Assembly (NCBI GenBank): GCA_951406725.2
Contig: OX597824.1
Coordinates: 49,662,001 to 49,726,000, forward strand
Source of the DNA: Octopus vulgaris
Taxonomy: Eukaryota
Direction: 5' to 3'
DNA length: 64,000 bases
Part shown: one piece after another, positions 26,813-40,425 of the stretch
Position numbering within the stretch: the first letter of the stretch is position 1
Layout: every line of letters begins with the position of its first letter
Program-made: the position numbers and the translations under genes
Notes under the pieces: model-generated
What the model was told of the DNA's origin: nothing
Databases searched by the model: none
The model's input: the letters and a program-made list of their open reading frames with translations, nothing else

Positions 26813-27675
26813 TTTTAGATAATAGGAATTTGTTTTTGTACTAAACAATTAATATTTATCATTTATATCATAGTTCCAGAGAGTATTGAGTTGCTGGCTG
26901 AAGGGTTAATAGTTCACATGCTACAATGAACTATCTATGACCCAGTCAGTTTATCTGTAAATAGATACCATTTACAGTTCATGTGACATGTAAAGGCAAT
27001 ATTTTAAATATTTGCAATCATTGTAGCAGCTGTAAAAATTAAGTTGCCAGTTTTGTTATTGGACTCTGCCCATTGCCTAGATGCTTAATTGTTACTGGTT
27101 CAGCAATAAATTTGATATGACTTGGTAAATTCATTGCTATAAACAATAGATGCACAGCTCACTGAACTGTTTTGTTGATTACTTGTTACAAATGTAAATC
27201 TCTTTCTAGCCTACTTCATGATAGAAGTATTTTATACCAGTACCCTATTTAATCAATTTTATAATTGGCCTTCCATAGGGAACTGTCCAATGATGCATTG
27301 ATCTATATTTGATAGACAATGAATAATAAATTTTGTATTGCAAGTAACAACTATTTGTTAAACTTACATTGTCTTAATAATGATAATGAACCTAAATAGT
27401 TTAAATATCTAAACTTCCCAACAACTTGTAGGTTCTTTCAGTTTCAGAACCCAATTTAAGATTAATGGGATGTCTGTTATGTTATAATTACCATTTATAG
27501 AGCTGCACATATAGTGACTGCCTAAGATATTGAGTAAGCACATAAGTGCAAAACAAGGTGTTAAAAAATAGTACTTGAACACTGAAGGTAGAGTAATAAG
27601 CTTTTATTGAAGCTATAAAATATTTTCACCAACAGTTACTCAGTTTCATATTACAGTTGTGATCATGCTCAGTAC

Positions 27676-27717
27676 AACTGTCTGATGAACAGTGATGAGA
27701 AATTTTGAGTAACAATT
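27676..27717 (+). ncRNA. Minimal type I hammerhead ribozyme motif, partly degenerate (PLE remnant)
   Basis: AACTGT-CTGATGA-ACAGTGATGA-GAAA-T-TTTGA-GTA-ACAATT; stem I 5/6 bp, stem II weak. Confidence 0.5.
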
Positions 27718-29947
27718 TGTGAAGATATTTTTGGCTTCAATAAAAGCAATATGCTATGCATGCACGTGCACACACACACTAATGCACGCACGCACGCATG
27801 CAGGTTGGTCATTGGATCATCAGATTCTGTCAAATCATCCAGCTCATTACTAGCATGAAACATATTAAATTATTATGTAGGTTATTACACACACACGCAC
27901 ACAGTAATGCATTCAGTGTAACCATATCCAGTTCTGGCTATCTGTCTCCACTATTTTACATCACACTGGATCGAGTTCCATTTGAATTAGGTTAGTTTAT
28001 TTGCTCATCTTGTTCAATCATTAATTTTTCTTTTGTTTTGTTGCCATGAAGGAGCATCACCTTGACGGGTTTGGTTGATCAAGTTGACTCCAGTACTAAG
28101 TCTAGTACCTATTCTCTCTCTCTACCAAACTGGTAAGGTTATTGGGATGTAAATGAATTAATATCAGTTGCCAAGCAGTGAGATAGGCACAAATGCTTGT
28201 GTACACATGTGTATGCCCATGTGCACCTAACTGATGGTTACTTGCTCAGTTTTTGTTTACCAAATTGTCAAATGGCATTGGTCAGTCTGTGCTTAAAATT
28301 TCTTGATTTTTTATATCCCCACCTGTTAATTTCTGACTGTAGATGATTGGAAGTAGTGATATGTGGTGCGTTGCTGTACTCAAGAAGTCCTGCCCACCAC
28401 AACAGAATTGGGATCCTAAAGCCAAGGTGCCATGTAAAAAGCACTGATGTAAAAAGTACTGATACCATGTGAAAATCACCTCGTACACTCTGTAAAGTGG
28501 TTGGCATTAGGAATGGCATCTAGCTGTAGAAACCAAGCCTAGACAGACTATGGAACTTGGTCTTGCCAGTCCCTGTCAAGTTGTCCAGCCCATGCCAGCA
28601 TGGAAAATGGATGTTAAATGTTGCTGATGATGATGACATTTTGGCTTTTTCAAAGAAATTAAATAAGTATAGTAGCTACAATAGGAAATTGATTTTAGTA
28701 TTTGTACTGTAGTGCTCACCAATTTTCATTTAAGTTAAAACTTTGTAAAAATGCCTAGCAGAATGAATGAAATGTTGCAGACAGAATCCTTGTCAAGTGG
28801 AAAAAAATGTGGGAACAAAAGGTTTATGAGGGAGATTTCCTAGAACAGGACATAATTTATGCACCATCATAATTGCCAGAATATTCCACTTGGCTTCAAC
28901 AGAATGCCTGTCCACTGTTTCTGACACCACTTTTAGTCCTCTTCAGCCAGTATTTTCTCTTTATTAAAGCGATATTAATTGCTACTTTTAGCTGACTGTC
29001 TTAATATAGCCTCCCACCAGACTGTTTTCTGAAGAGAAATAGGTAACTTTACCCATTATTACCCTCTCTTTCCATGTCTTTATTTGTAGAACTGTTCTAA
29101 TGAAATCTTTACTGACTTAACTGAATTTAACAATGAATTTTAAAGCCAATCTGTTGACATTTATAGCAGTATTGTTAACCAATAAGAGCAATGTCATTTT
29201 ATAGAATGAGTTTCCTTTTTGGATTTTTTGAAACAATTATGTTAATAACTCTGTTTGTTCTGTCTAATTGTGGTTATAATTTGCAATTATTTTTTTGTTC
29301 CGTCTAATTGTTTGTAAGCTTGATGTAGGGAACGTGTGACCAAATCAAATTATACCCCTCCAACTCAACTAACTTTTCTTTGTAGCAGAAATCTTTCTAA
29401 ATCTGATAGAAATAGTACAATGTGTAAAATAAACTGATACTAAAATGCTGCTGAGATATGCATTAAACTATAACCTTGTACTCCCAATGGCAAATGTAAT
29501 TTTATCTTAGATCAGTTGTATTGTGATGAATGAATGTGGGATTAAGGAGGATAAAACATAATGTAGAACACTGTTGTAAATGATAGAAAAATAAAACCCA
29601 AAACAGATTAAACATTTAAGAAGGTAAAAAGTAATGCAAAACTGGGGCTCAAAGCAAAATAGCATTATTTTTATAATCTCCTTTTATACAAACTTGCTAT
29701 AGAAGTAGTTTGTTTTAAAGCACATCAAAATGACTTTTGTTTAGTTAAGTAATAGCTATTTCATCCCTCCACAAGGCTGGTTAAATATGATATATATCGT
29801 CTAATGTAAGTGCTACCAAAAATGATGTGTAAGTGCATTTGATGTTAAATAATGTGGATGTGTTATGCTGATGTGTAACAATACTGAGGGTATAAACATT
29901 CTCAACCATTTCATGTTACCTTCCTTCTTTTTTTCTTTTCTCTTTAG

Positions 29948-30019
29948 TTGATTTTGGTTTGAAATTGATACAATGGAGCCCGACTGAAGCAGTCAAGCTG
30001 CAACTGTGGGATATTGCAG
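29948..30019 (+). CDS. RAB29: Rab29-like coding exon 2 (72 nt)
   Basis: Long pyrimidine tract TCTTTAG|, (V)DFGLKLIQWSPTEAVKLQLWDIA(G); WDIAG is diagnostic of Rab32/38/29; donor G|GTAGAA; phase matches exon 1. Confidence 0.95.
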
Positions 30020-31594
30020 GTAGAAAGCCTTAAAATATTTGTCTTATCAAATGGCTGACAATGGTTATACTGTTGTAAGCAAATGATCTTACATTGTAAA
30101 CACGTTTTCTTTTCCTTTTATTGGTATACAATATATACATATATGATGCATATATAATACAAAACCACATCAAAAATAGAAATCCAAAACCAGGAAAAAA
30201 AAATGGATAAGTGGAACAAAGAAAGAAAAAAAGAATGTCAATTCAATACTAAGTGTCTCAATTGATTGCACACCACAAGGTTCGCCGGAACCTACTGAAG
30301 CAAGTCAACACACTCACAGCATTGTCATGCCATGGGCAATGGTGAGGCTAAGGCTTTTCAATAGTAAAGGTTTATTGGATTAAGAACTTCATACTTTTAC
30401 GCACCCTAGATAAACTTTGTTTGATTTGGACATCTATTTTTGAGCTTTGACTGAGTATTATTTTTAACACAATTTCAATATTCTTACTAGAAATATATAC
30501 TCAATTTATATCTTACTTTATTTGAAGCTACTTTTGATTTAATTTGTTAAATTCATTTGGTTGAACAACTTTACAACCTTCAGTAAGCTTGGTTTTTCCC
30601 TTGTGAACTGGAAAAAAAGAATTACAGTCTAATCATTCAACTGTTGTAACCTGACTGATTTCATATTACATTACGATTTGTCAGACTTTCCAAGTAACAG
30701 AATAAGGTACTACTATTACTTCATGGTTGAGTGGTTAGCGTTAAACAGTATCCAACTGGGTATTTGAAATAAATAAAATGATTATTGGGAGGCTGTTCAA
30801 GTCTTTCTATTAGAGACTTAATGTCCCTTGGTTTAAGGCCATCAACTGATTCTTGGCTACTTTTTGCAGAATCTATTCTGTTGCAGGCACTTGGACCAGG
30901 ACTCTGGTGTGAAGACAGTTCAATATCTTGATATGCTGATTCCTATTGTAGTAATCTTCAATTTGTGTTTTCTTCAATTTCCACAAAAGTTTTAAAAGAG
31001 TTCCCCAAAAGGTGACGAATCTCTTGTATGTCTAGAACCCTATTCAAAACAAAACAAATTTAATTTTGTTTTTAAATATATTTTCACAAACAATATTGTC
31101 AGTATCGATTTCTGACAACTACTATCTTAATACTGTTGTAGGAACCTTTTTCTGTTATACAGGCCACTTTAGGTTTTTATTCTTGCAAGCTACGAAGTAA
31201 TCATCACAAGTGCTGGTACTAAAAGAAAAAAAAGAAAAAATAAGCACCCAGTTCACTCTGTAAACTAGCTTCCATCAGGAAGAGCATCCAGCTATAGAAA
31301 CCATGCCAAAGTAGACATTGTAGCATGATGCAACCCTCTGGGTCACCAGATCTTGCCAAACTGTTCAACCTATGCCAGCAGAGAAGATGGGACATTAAAT
31401 GATTATAATGATGGTTTTTAATATCATTATGCACTTTCTATTTCAGCTTTTATAGACTGTTACAAACATAAAACATATAAACGTGTATCTGTGTGTTGAC
31501 ATACATGCATATGTATATGCATACAGCATAAACTGGAATGTCATTTTATAATATATATATATACACACACAATCAATAAATATATATATATAAA

Positions 31595-31960
31595 GTTGCA
31601 TGTGTGGTAAGAAGCTTGCTTCCCAACCACATGATTCTGGGTTCAGTCCCACTGTGTGGCACCTTAGGCAAGTGTCTTCCATAACTTCATGCTGACCAAA
31701 ACCTTGTGAGTGGATTTGGTAGATAGAAACTGAAAAATGCCTGTTATATGTGTGTAAGTGTTTGTTCTCCACCATCACTTGACAACCAGCGCTGGTGTGT
31801 TTGCATCCCCGTAACTTAGAGTTTTGGCAAAAGAGACCAATAGAAAAAGTACCAGTCTTAACAAAAAGGTACTGGGGTTAATTCATTCGACTAAAAATTC
31901 AAGGCGGTGCCCCAACATGGCCACAGTCTGACTGAAACAAGTAAAATAAAGACAAAAGAG
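31595..31960 (+). mobile_element. SINE family A copy
   Basis: TGTGTGGTAAGAAGCTTGCTTCCCAACCACATG...GGTTCAGTCCCACTG matches the 14341 copy. Confidence 0.8.
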
Positions 31961-33330
31961 ATATATATTTGTGTGTGTGTGTGTGTGTGGCATTTATTTT
32001 TTAAAATTATGTTCCAGTTTATGCCATTATGGTGGTCAGTACACCTTATCCATTACATGCATTATTGCATAGTTGTACAATCCTAGTTCTAAAAAATGTG
32101 TGTGGCAAATATGACTTGTAGAAATGACCAGGAAATATTATCTTTACAATATAGTTTAACTATAACATTATAATGTGAATGCCTCCTACTTCAGTATTCT
32201 TGATGCAAACATGTCAAGCACAGGCATTCTGTACATGCATGTGCAGCCACAAACATGCTTGCATGTTTGTGCACAGGCATACCTGTGCACACAGTGGGCT
32301 TCTTTCAGTTTCTGTTTACCAAATCCACTCTCAAGGCTTTGGTCAGCCTGAAACTAGTAGAAGACACTTGCCCAATGTTCCACGCTGTGGAACTAAATCT
32401 GAAACCATGTGTTTAAGAAACAAACATCTTACCACACAGCCACACCTGTACCCATATATATGTCTACTACATGTGTGGGAAATTTTGTCTGTGTATGTGT
32501 TTTTGGAGTTGTTAGCTAACTCCTCCTACATAGGTTTATGGATTTTGTTGAAACTTGACATGTGAGTAGAACTCATGTCTGGAAACCTCATGGCATACTC
32601 AGATTGTTGAAAAAGAATCGATAATAGGGCCCCTGAAAGGGATCCTTACATTTAATATAGTTCAACAGCCAAGGGAAATAACCCATCCGCCTAGATTTTA
32701 ATAGCCAAGGGAAATAACTCATTCATTTTCCTAAATCATTTAGTATAAATCAAATTGAGTATGCTTATTTCTTAGTATTTGAACTGTTAGTTATTTTTGC
32801 AATTTGTGCAGTATAACCCTTAAACAAGTAGATAGTATTTTCCTAAAAATAGATCCACTTATTTTGGTTAGTGACTTATTCATGAATATACCAACACTAG
32901 TGCCATTGAGGGTAATATTCTCTGGGAATGCACAAAAAGCCCTTTACAGAGTTATTTACTTTGAATTGTTGTTATCTCTTATCTGATTAGCCCATTATTA
33001 CGTAACATGCTTCACAATTTTAGTATACATACCTTATTAATATTTCCTCCTAAGTTCTATATACTCTGGGAACAAATTAAAGCCCTTTTCGGAGCTACTT
33101 TATTTGAATTCTTACTCTCGGATAACTAATTTCATGTTATTACATAACTGACCTTAGAATTTGAGAATTCATAACTTATTGGGAATTCCTAAAAACAAAA
33201 TCCTGTGTAAGACAGATCACTGTTCTCTGTAAATGCACAAAAACTGTTTTAAGGGCTACGTACTTTGTATTGTTGTTATTGGATTAGCGAAACAATTATG
33301 AGAACAGAACCAAGGGATAAACCCCGCTTT

Positions 33331-33358
33331 CCCAGGAATTACTGGGTATGTCAGCTGG
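33331..33358 (+). mobile_element. Helitron-type 3' terminus
   Basis: Hairpin CCCAG-GAATTA-CTGGG then CTGG|T. Confidence 0.45.
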
Positions 33359-33492
33359 TATATAATATATATATATGTATGTATGTATATATATATAAAT
33401 AATCAATTTAAATAATAATATATGTATGTATGTATATATAAATAAAAACAAACATCTAGTTATGTTTATCATTCATTACTTTCTGTATTCAG

Positions 33493-33674
33493 GACAGGAA
33501 CGTTACACATCGATGACACGTGTGTACTACAAAGATGCGTTTGGTTGTGTTGTGATGTGTGACATAACACAGTCACAAACTTTCAAGAGTGCAGCACTAT
33601 GGAAGAAAGATCTTGACTCAAAATGTACCTTATCTGACAACTCACCAGTGCCATGTATCTTATTGGCTAACAAG
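33493..33674 (+). CDS. RAB29: Rab29-like coding exon 3 (182 nt)
   Basis: TTCAG| (G)QERYTSMTRVYYKDAFG...WKKDLDSKCTLSDNSPVPCILLANK |GTAACT. TSMTR (not GNMTR) indicates Rab29 rather than Rab32/38. Confidence 0.95.
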
Positions 33675-35264
33675 GTAACTAACATTATTATCCTCTCTCT
33701 TACTCTTTTGCTCTCTTCCTTACTACTTTTCTCCCATGCATGGGCAACTCTGCTTGATACCCCTCAGTCATATCTTTCTTTCCTGTTTCAACTAAGAACT
33801 TAACTTTTCTCTCTCCTTGACGAAGGACTTGTTTTAAAACCTTGGAATTTTCCATTTGTGACAGAATACCAACTTTATTTTACTTTGTTTACTTTAAACA
33901 TTATCTATTTTTGAATTAAATTGAAATGATTGATTCCACTCACTCATAATGTCTTTATAACAAAAACAAAGAACAAAAACAAATTGCTTTTACACTGAAG
34001 ATTAAGTGTGGTTAAAGGAAAGCTTGCAAGTGAATTGCTGGAGGTTATTGTCAGCAATGTAGCAAAGGAAGAGTCAAAGACTCAGGTTTTCAATTATATG
34101 ACCATTTTAATAATCCTGTAGCAGCACAAACAGCCAGCGCCATATTGGATGAGATATTACGGCAGCCATTGCCATCTCTGAGACTGGAGCCAGACCTCAC
34201 CTGCATCCATTTGCTATGCGAGAGATCACAACGAGGCTTGCGTTGGAGAAAACTATATAAACGGGAAACCAATTCAGACCAGCCTCTTTTGGTGCCATTA
34301 CACAGCAGCATTTGGCTGAACACCAACACTGGCAAAGCTTTCTGCCTGTTTATCTCCAGTGGCTATGCGCCCACACTATCAGAGCTTGAGATGGTAGCTG
34401 AGAGCAGCACACTTCACCTTTCCTGTAAATAAACCAGTTGTAAATAGCAGATGTACTTGAAGTCTTTTCTCTTCGCCTGCCGAAAGCCTGAACTACATAA
34501 AGATCAAGAAGAATGATGGAAGGAGACAATATTCTTCCAGTATCGTAAACCTTGCCTTCCATTATTAAAATCCTTTCTACTGTAGCACAAGACCTGAAAT
34601 TTTGGGGGAGGAGAAAGTTGATCACATCGACCCCAGTACTTGACTGGTACTTAGTTTATCAACTCTGAAAGGATGAAAAGCAAAGTCAAACTCAGTGGAA
34701 TTTGAACTCAGAATGTAGCAGCAGATGAAATACTGCTAATCATTTCACTTGGCGTACTAATGATTTTGCTTGCTTGCTGTCTTATGACCATTTTAATAAT
34801 AATTTGTAATACTGGCACAAGGTTGAACAGTTTGAAGTCTATGTTGTTGATACTATCTACATCAGTACTAGACTAGTGCTCCTTTTTGTTGACTGAAAAA
34901 ACGAAAGGCAAAGTCAACCCATGGCAATTTTTGAACTCTGGATATAGATACAAGAGAATTTCATTTGCTACTCCCTGTTTTCTTCTTACTACTACTACTA
35001 CTACTACTGATAATATTGTTTCAAATTTTGGCACAAGGCCAGAGGTTTATGGGGAGGAGGTAATTTGATTACATCAACCCCAGTGCTCAATATTCAACTG
35101 GTACTTATTTTATTGACCCTGAAAGGTTGAAAGGCAAAGTTGACCTAGGTGGAATTTGAACTCAGAAATTTCAGATGGATGAAATGCTGTTAAGCATTTT
35201 GCCCACATTAACAATGATTTTGCCAGCTCACTGCCTTAGTGATAATAATAACATTAATAACAAC

Positions 35265-38263
35265 TAGCAGAGAGACAGCCCTCTGGATGGTTTTCTGCTA
35301 GCTCCTTGATAATATTTTCACATTTGATTCCTGTCGTGCATGGGAAACGGAAAGTGGTTCACCTACCTTCCTCTCTTGTCTGCGCTTGTCTAGTAGTAGT
35401 CACTCCAGTGATCTTGCCCTACACTATCACCCAGTATAAGCAGCTGCTATCTGACCAGCCTGTGAGTGAATTCCCTGACGTCCGTTCCCGATGCCTCGGC
35501 CAGCCAAAAGAGGCCAACCTTGTCCTGTCTCCCCTGCACTTCCCTTCTCATGCTTCCTCTTCCAGTCAGTCCCCTGACCATTGACATCATGGCCCTCTTC
35601 TTCTGACTCATCCCCACATACACCCTCTGATCTCAAAGATCACTTCCTCACTTCACTCTGTCGAAATCTACCACCCACTTGGGTGTGTGCCTTGCTGGGA
35701 ATCTCATTCTTTTCTTCCTCTCCACAATCATCATCCTATGAAGCGACAATCCAACGAACATCCAAGACATGACACGGCATTCCATTTACAGAGATGTTGT
35801 TTTTGGAATTGACAGCTGTCACTATTCTTCTGTTCCACTGAGTTGTGCAGCATGCGTTTGGTGGCTTGACCCAGACTTCATCTCTCACCTCCACAAAGTC
35901 AGGGCCTGTCTCTTCTACAGAGCATCTTGATGGTTTACTAGGCTGCTGCCATTCATATTTGAACATTGCACTATGTGGCATGGACTCTTTGGTCTGTCCT
36001 GATCGGGGAGACATGTACCAGAACACTGCTTCCAGTGGCAAGATATGTTCCCTCTCCACCATGGCCTTGATCGTTTGATGATGTCTCTCTACGATCCCCT
36101 TTCCACCCGGCCTGTATGCCGCTCTGAAAAAGCGGTGCACTTTCCACCTGTCAAGCAGCTCCTTCAGCGCTTCTGAACAAAATGTCATGTTGTTGTTCAT
36201 CAGCAATTCGTCCACAGGGCCCTGCTCTAAGAATACTTCATTTAAAATATGTGCCTTCTTGTTCGCAGTGCCTGTTCTTAATTCCCTCCAAATGGCTATC
36301 TGGCCTGGCCTGGCCCACAATTGACCATTGAGAGATTCATCTCCTGCCAGTGGTGTGTTACATCCACTGCTAATTGTCTCCAGTTGTACTCTAACGAAAT
36401 GTTTCCCTGCTCATACACGCCTGGAGTAGGGTCAATGGATTGCAGGGAAGCAGAATCCATCCTGTTTTTGATGGAGTGTAGCCCCCATTTCAAGGCCAAA
36501 TTCACTCTCTTCAGCACTGCGTCCAACTTGGTGACATTCATGTGGTTGTAGTCATTTGCTTTTCGAAGCCAGGCAGCATCCTCCACTTCTGTACCTCCAA
36601 TTTTCAACACAACCCCTATCGCAGTGCTGCTAGCATCACACTATATGATCCTGCTATCCAATTTGGGCACATGCCAGTTCCCTCTGACTGGGTCTTCTGC
36701 TCTCATCCTCTCCAGGATTTCCTGCATCATGGCTACCATCCCATCTCTGACCTTGTCATTCCACTTCTCCCCTTCTGCTCATCTCTTGGTGTAACTGCTC
36801 GCCATACGCAGCCACCCTGCAATCGAGTAGTGACCTACTAACTTCCCGCACATTGAGTTCTCTCCTGCTGATGGTGGTACCCAGCTCTGGGATCTTGTTC
36901 GTCCTACGAAACACCAACTCGCCTGTTCTGTTTCTTTGTAGCTTAAGCCCCAGTGCAGCTCCTCCAGCCATTGGCTCTGGTGGCTTCGCGATCAGCTCGT
37001 ATTTCTTCAAATGTCTCACAACCTCTGTGGCAGGCATTACGATCTTTCCACTAGGATGTCATTTATGTAGGAACTGGTGGCCCTTCTTATCCTATCCACT
37101 TTTCCCAGGATGGATTTGAGCACTGTCATGATGACCTTTCGTGCAGAATTCAACCCAAAGAAATATGTGTGGTCCTTGTATTGCACCAGTTGGTACTGTC
37201 ACAGTTTGTTGCTCACATGGAGCTGCAAATATGCTGACTTCAAGTCAAAGATCATCGCTGCCTTAGTCAACTGCCTCCATACATGCAACGTCTCACTGCA
37301 GATGTCAGTCACTTCACCACCCATGTGGTACAATATCTGGCCATTCATCTCCCAAAAGTCCAGTACCGGCCTGACATTGCCCTTTGTTGGCTGCACTGCT
37401 GTCATTAGAGGTAGCACTTCACTCACCACCTCCTCCTTCCACAGGATAAGGACACCTTCCTAAATCCACTTCTCTACCTCTTCAAACTCACCCCTGGCAT
37501 GCCCTTTCAGGGATGCTGGTAGCAGCTCACCCTGTTCTTCAGCGTCGGGGATCTCTCTTTCCCATATCACTCTATTGTCGATTGTTGACCATTGAACGCC
37601 ACCTGAAAATCCTTGTTTTCAATGGTGTAGGCAGTGCACTTCCTCGTTGTGCTCTACTCCCACTCACATTCCTGACTCATGGTGCACAACACCTCCACGG
37701 CACCAAATGAAACCATGTCTCCTCCAACACTGACACCTCCAAGACGGTTGATTGTGTCCATCCCCATTACTACGTCAATCCTGTCTACCACATGGTTGAT
37801 CATGATCACCGCACAGTCCCTCACCATGTGCAGTCCTTGGCACTTAAAACACTGGCCTGTGAATGGCCGCTGTCATTTCACAGCAGACCACTTTTCGTCC
37901 TTCACCAGCTATCATGCAGCATCGTGAGATTCTGTAGCCACCATCCCCACTGCCTTCTGCCCGGTGTTTTGTGTCAACACATGGACTTGAACGATGAGCT
38001 CTCTCATTTCCATTTTGTTGCCACCTGGCAACTGTTGTAGTTGCACTGACGCGCCTGGTCTTACCAGTGAGGGACTTAAGAAAGCAGCACAAATGGCCTT
38101 CATGAGTGGCTTTCCCGATGACAATACAACCAACCTCAGTACCCTGCTAAGCAGTGTGTGTGTGTGAGAGAGAGAACATTGCAAACAATAAATGAAATAA
38201 ACATGAAATGAAAAATCACATTACTATAGATGTGTGTGCCCCGGACTTTATTGCCTCATAACA
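35265..38263 (-). mobile_element. Degenerate Gypsy-type LTR retrotransposon (gag-PR-RT-RH-IN)
   Basis: Minus-strand fragments: gag (SVQLQQLPG), RT (VRPVLDFWEMN, FDLKSAYLQLHV), RNase H (HMNVTKLDAVLKRVNLALKW), integrase (WRQLAVDVTH, GIVERHHQTIK); many stops/frameshifts; LTR-like remnants at both ends. Confidence 0.85.
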
Positions 38264-39130
38264 TCCAGAAAAATTGATACTTTTTAACAAAATTTTCTAC
38301 AAATACTGCTTAGATGTTGTGGCTTCAGAGCATATAAGGATTCATAGGAAAGAATTTTTGCGAGGGGGTGGAGAGAGGAGTTTCACAAAATTCACACGTT
38401 TTGACTTTTTCCCTCATAACTTTCAGGAAAATGGTTATCTTTTAATGAAAATTTATACAAATCCCTTTCAAACAGCATAGATTAGGATTATAATGAAATT
38501 TGTGGGAAAAAGTTTTTCAAGGATTTCCCCCATTTTTTTAAACCACAGGTGATTGTGGGGGTCATATTAGTATGAAAAAAGTTTTAGAAACTCATTTTTT
38601 TACATCCCCTGTCTCATCATTCCACTCTGGACCTATTTTGGCCAATTTTCTTTTGCACTTCAAAACCATGGGAAGAGCATTTTCAGTAAAAAAAAAAAAA
38701 AAAAATTTTCAGAGAGAAAGTGAGTGACTTAAGGGCAATTTGGCTGTTTGTTTCTAGCACATTCAAAGACAACCCTCCTTGTTTCTTTATCCCTCTCACA
38801 TATATTGATGTTTTTCAATATTCTTTCCCCATAAATAAATTTATATGCTGTAAAAAAGAAAATTTGAAAAATTATGAAGTTTTTGCAACCCCACTCACTG
38901 CCCCTGATTGTGTTTGTTTAGAAATGAAAATACTGGAGAGCCTGAGAAGGTCATTGCTGGTATTTATCCATAGTGATTTAAAAAAATTACGGAGATGTAC
39001 TTGCATAGCAAGTGACTTGATCTGAGATCGTGTGCAGAAACAAAAACAATTGCAGCGTGGAAGATGTTTGTAAACCATTCAAGAACATACAAATGCTGTT
39101 AGTTTCACTTCAACATCAAAACTTCATTTG

Positions 39131-39177
39131 TGTCAAAATATCTTCATCACTTTGAAACTGCGACCTGTTCACTGACA
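39131..39177 (-). ncRNA. Variant hammerhead-like motif with G3:C8 core (PLE remnant)
   Basis: rc: TGTCA-GTGAACA-G-GTCGC-AGTTTCAAA-GTGAT-GAAG-ATAT-TT-TGACA; stem I 5 bp, stem II 5 bp with wobbles; A15.1 is G. Confidence 0.4.
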
Positions 39178-40425
39178 AAACTTCACAAAAGTGATGCAAC
39201 ACAAAGTTTTGTCAGTGGACCATGCACGCATGCGCACACACGCACATGCACACACGCACACACATTCATTGTCTTTCCTTTGTGTGTATGTGTATCTATG
39301 TGAGTGCATGAGTGTGTATTGGTGTGTGTCCCTGTTGAAGTTGTGCTTGGAAACTGCGAATAAGTAGCAAGTTTCGAATACTTGTCGGTAGCTATTTTTC
39401 TCTCCTCGTCTTCTAGGCTCTTCTCACAGCTATTCTGTGTTCAAAAATTATACGGGTATTTTTAAAAATTTTCATTCAATGTTTTTACATTATGTATACA
39501 TTAATAGCAAATTAAAACTTAAAAGAGAAAGTGAGAGACTTTGCAAATGAAAATGGAATACTCTGCAATGAATGCAACAAATATTTAAATTTGTGATGAA
39601 TTGGACGCAGTGAATATTTAAATTTGCAAGAAATTGGAGTTTAAAAAAATTCAATGAACTTGAGAAATCAAAATTATAGGAAATTTCTTAGAACATGAAT
39701 TTATAAAAATATTTCCAGACGGTCAACCCTTTAATAATTACTTTCTTTTATTACTTTTAGTAATTGTTACATACCTAATTAATAAGTAGCTTTCTCCATT
39801 ATAGTATAGATAATTCTTAATAGTGACATAAAGTCAAAATTTTAGGAGGAATGGGGGATGTATTGAATAAAATTGACTGGTTCTTGACTGGTACTTTTTC
39901 TATTGGTCTTAGAAGACTGATTGGGTAAAGTTGATTCTGGCATGGTTTGAACTCTGAATGGAAAAGTGTAACTTAATATTGTTGACAAAACATGCCCTTC
40001 TAGAGTAGGTAGCCTTACCTCTGTTAGAAATAATGTTATGTGATGCAGCAACTCATAGTAGTGTTTATGTCAGTTTTATTGCCACACTTATCTGTTCATG
40101 CCTTAGATATATACAGGTTCATGTATACTTTATTATGTGTAGATAGGTTGTGTGGGTGTTCTTTTATGATTTTGTCTAGAGTACATATCTTGCTTTATTG
40201 TTTCTCTATGGACTTTCACAATCATCACATGAGAGATGGAGAAAGAAAGAAAGGAAAGAAGGTATTCAGGCATAATGTGATTTGTATAAAATTTTCCAGC
40301 CTTTGTTTTAATCTCCAATAATTTCGAATACTTCACTAAATATTTGATTTAGTTCTGTTGTCATTTCAGAGGCTTTGTTGAAAAATGTATTTTTCATTCT
40401 TTCTTCTTATTGTCTTTGTTTCCAG

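Noticed and set aside
33493-33674. Rab32/Rab38 assignment
   Set aside because: TSMTR, SVKEN and the short N-terminus fit Rab29/Rab7L1; Rab32/38 have GNMTR and SAK.
38033-38263. Solo LTR bounded by TGTTGT...ATAACA
   Set aside because: No TSD, and 38033-38140 is gag coding sequence once the 70-bp inversion is undone.
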